Source: Azolla caroliniana | Taxonomy: Eukaryota > Plantae > Polypodiophyta | NCBI GenBank assembly: GCA_043228905.1 | Contig: JBHGNT010000001.1 | Span: 28,148,001-28,212,000 of the forward strand | DNA: 64,000 bases | Direction: 5' to 3' | Part shown: positions 61,085 to 64,000 of the stretch, in pieces | Numbering within the stretch: the first letter of the stretch is position 1 | How the letters are laid out: the number at the start of each line of letters is the position of its first letter | Notes under the pieces: generated by a model | Told to the model about the DNA's origin: nothing | Database searches by the model: none | The model's input: only the letters and a program-made list of their open reading frames with translations | Program-made: the position numbers and the translations under genes

Positions 61085-64000
61085 AGAGGACTGCCAAGGC
61101 GTGGGGCCGCGACAGTCCGGATGCTCCGGGAAACCCCCACATCTGTACGATAAAACCGTGTACAATAGGTAGGAAATTTTGCTTCTCCGACAGCGGAGCA
61201 TGTACGATGGTCGGCATCACCGGCCGAGAGAAAACAAAGACGGAGGGGAGACTTCGGGCGTGCGGAGTTCTCGGCCCTGACGAAGGAATCAACGGAGCCG
61301 TGGAGGCAGTCTCCTTCGACGACACCCTGGGGATGCTGGGGAAGGTAGTCAAAGAAGACCTTAACAAAGACCGGACGATACCGGTATGTTCCGAAGAAAT
61401 GTACGAAGTCATCGCGGACTTCGGTCGAGGGCTCGAGTCGGAACGGACGGCCCGAGTGAGCACCAAGTACAAGATGGTGGACCGGAAGGTGAGGCCAGTT
61501 GCGGCGCCCTTACCGGAGGGCAGCGAATCCCGAATCAAAGGGGTTGCATCGGACCCCAGCTTACGAGATCCGGCCTGCATAGGACACACCTTCACCAACG
61601 AGACGCTCCGCGAGCTGGAGATCGGTGGGGGCGGGTTCCTACTGCCGATGGAGGAAGACCGGTTTCGGAGAATGCTCGGAAGGCACGGGAAAGCCTTCGC
61701 ATTCTCACCGGAGGAAATCGGGTGCGTAGACCCGACGATCGTAGAGCCAATGGTGATATTCACGGTACCGCATGTACCGTGGAATCTCAAGCCAATTTCG
61801 GTTCCGAGAGCTCATATCCCGAAGTTGATGGAGCTGCTGAAGCAGAAAGTTGATATGGGCATTCTCGAGCCGTCGAGCGCCCCGTATTCAAACCGGTGGT
61901 TTACCGTACCAAAGAAAAACGGATCATTGCGCTTCATTCAGGACCTGCAGCCGGTCAATAGAGTGACCATTCGGAACGCGGGGATCGGACCGACCATAGA
62001 CGAGTTCGCGGAGGCCTTCGCCGGAAGGTCGATTTACTCGGTCGGTGATCTATACTCAGGGTATGACCAGTTCCAGCTAGCCGTGGAGAGCAGAGACATT
62101 ACGACGATGCGAACTCCCCTCGGCCTAGTGCGGATGTGTACGCTGCCGCAAGGAGGGACCAACTCGGTGGCCCACATGGTGAATGCAATGAACAAGGTGC
62201 TGAGGGACTGCATCCCGGACATCACCATGCCGTTTCTAGACGACATCCCGATCAAGGGATGCCCGGTAGAAGAGAAGGACGAGACGGTCGGGCCGGACGG
62301 ATGCCGGCGATTCGTGGTAATGCACATCGACGACTGCGAGAAGGTGCTGCAAAGGCTAGAGGATGCGAGGCTCACCTTCTCGGGGGAGAAGTCTGCCTTC
62401 GGGCAGTCGGAAATCATGGTGGTCGGACATTTGTGCGGGCCATATGGCCGGAAACCGTCTCCGGCAAAGGTAGAGGCCATCTCCGCGATGAAGCCTGACT
62501 GCAGCTCGGTCACGGAAGTACGAAGATTCTTGGGAGCATGCGCCTTCTACCACATATGGATCCCGCATTACGCGCACGTCGCGGAGCCGCTGTACGGATT
62601 ATTGAAGAAAGGGCGAAGATTCGAATGGCTAGACAAGCACGCGGAGTCGGTCCGGAAGCTGAAGGAGGCTCTTTCGGCAGCACCGGCGCTCCGAAAGGCT
62701 GTCTACGGGAAGTATACCCCAGTGTACATAACGGTTGACACGAGTCCGACCGGAATCGGGTGGGTCGTCAACCAAGAAGACGAGGACGGCAATCGGTTTC
62801 CGATCCGATTCGGCGCGAAGGTCCTCAGCGAACGGCAGCGAGGATACGCCCAGGTTAAACGCGAACTCTGGGGTATCGTTTCGGCGGTGAAGGTCGACAA
62901 GGACTATCTGATCGGGACGGAAGTAATCATAGAGACGGATTGCATGCCGATTCTCGGCATGGTTTCCGGATGCGCGACGCCGGACCTGGCAATGCTCAGG
63001 TGGATAGCGTACATCAAGTCCCTAGACCCGGTAATACGACACATTTCCGGGAAAGACAACGCCATGGCCGACATGCTTTCAAGGGCGAGATTCGAGGACG
63101 AGGGTGGCATGATCTCGGAGGACGAAGAGGTCGGCGTGGACTTCTTCGAGACTGCGTATGTAACAACCGGCGGGACAAGCGCTCCGGCGCTTAACGACTT
63201 CGACGCGAGCAAGTACGACGGGGAGTGGCTGCAGATCGGTGGGTTTTTGAAGACAATGGCGCCCGATGCGTCATGGACGAAGGACGAGGCCAACCGGATC
63301 CGGAGGAAAGCGTACCGGTTCTTTCTTCGGGATGGCTACCTATGGAAGCACCCGAAGAAGAGGGATGGCGCTCCGCTCCGGGTGGTGGCGATGAAGGAAG
63401 AACAGGAGGAGCTGCTGACGGCCTACCACGACAGCCCTTGGGCTGGACACCGTGGAACATGGGCTACGTTTGAGAAACTGAAGGGGAAGTATTGGTGGCC
63501 GGGGCAGTACCAGGACGTGCATCGGTTCGTGACAACTTGCGAGAGCTGTCAGATGCACTCCATAGTCCGACATCGGGACGAGCTTCACCCCACGTACCCT
63601 CCGACCATCCACTTCAAATGGATGGTAGATCTGGTAACGATGCCAATGGGAATAGGACAGATGCGGTACCTGGTCCTAGCGCGGGAGGATCTGACGAACC
63701 AGGTGGAAGGCCGGGCCCTTCCGAACAAAACGACCGCGGCCGTATGCCGGTTCCTAATCGAAGACGTGATATGCCGGTACGGGTGCGTCGGGAAGATCGT
63801 GGCTGACCGAGGGGAGTTGGACGCCGAAGAAGCCGCGGAGCTGTTCGACCGGCTGGGAGTCAAGCTCTCGCTCACCACTGCGTACAATCCGGAGGCGAAT
63901 GGGAAGGTGGAGCGCGGACACGGGCCGATCGTCAAGGCGTTGGTTCGGGCATGCGGAGGCCAAGTCGGTAACTGGCCGCGGCTGCTACCTTATGCTTTGT
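61081..64000 (+). CDS. pol: Pol of element C (RT, RNase H, integrase) in the -1 frame relative to gag-pro; open to the window end, so absent from the ORF track
   Basis: Frame starting at 61081 reads TKYKMVDRKVRPVA, PYSNRWFTVPKKNGSLRFIQDLQPVN, DLYSGYDQ, LPQGGTNS, PFLDDIPIKG, VDTSPTGIG, RELWGIV, ETDC, NAMADMLSR, HDSPWAGHRG...CESCQ, WMVDLV, IVADRGE and YNPEANGKVERGH; no stop seen. Confidence 0.93.

Larger units (their letters stand above)
58120..64000 (+). mobile_element. Apparently intact GC-rich Ty3/Gypsy element C (non-chromovirus, Phygy/Selgy-like by inference); 5' LTR 58120-58913; runs off the right edge
   Basis: LTR termini TGTCGCGA...TCTCGACA, TATA cctatataagg at about 58412, PBS 4 nt after the LTR, open gag-pro and pol frames. 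Confidence 0.92.

Noticed and set aside
59113-63963. Many antisense and alternate-frame ORFs of up to 270 aa in element C
   Set aside because: Expected shadows of GC-rich gag/pol coding sequence.

Overview
Eukaryotic nuclear DNA from a land plant. A non-seed plant such as a fern is an inference from the protein sequences, the LINE and LTR types and the microsatellite-rich, AT-rich background. The gene-rich part (1-51 kb) holds the first exon of UTP12/WDR3, an intronless RH57/ROK1 DEAD-box helicase, a soluble pyrophosphatase, GEN1 and RHL1. It also holds a large intact 11-exon gene (43179-51046, minus, about 1865 aa, all splice phases consistent) with an unusual architecture: cold-shock-like OB domain, ZNFX1-type UPF1-like RNA helicase, NF-X1 zinc fingers, coiled coil and two tandem PARP-like ADP-ribosyltransferase domains (H-Y-E and H-Y-I triads). 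This gene is the best candidate for an undescribed RNA-sensing/ADP-ribosylation system. Intergenic DNA contains a long-TIR DNA transposon inserted in a (TG)n tract and several decayed LINEs. The last 9 kb is a three-layer nest of LTR retrotransposons. The youngest layer is an apparently intact, tRNA-Trp-primed Ty3/Gypsy element with a predicted -1 frameshift signal (slippery heptamer plus pseudoknot) between gag-protease and RT-RNaseH-integrase. All calls come from manual reading and motif recognition; no database search was run.
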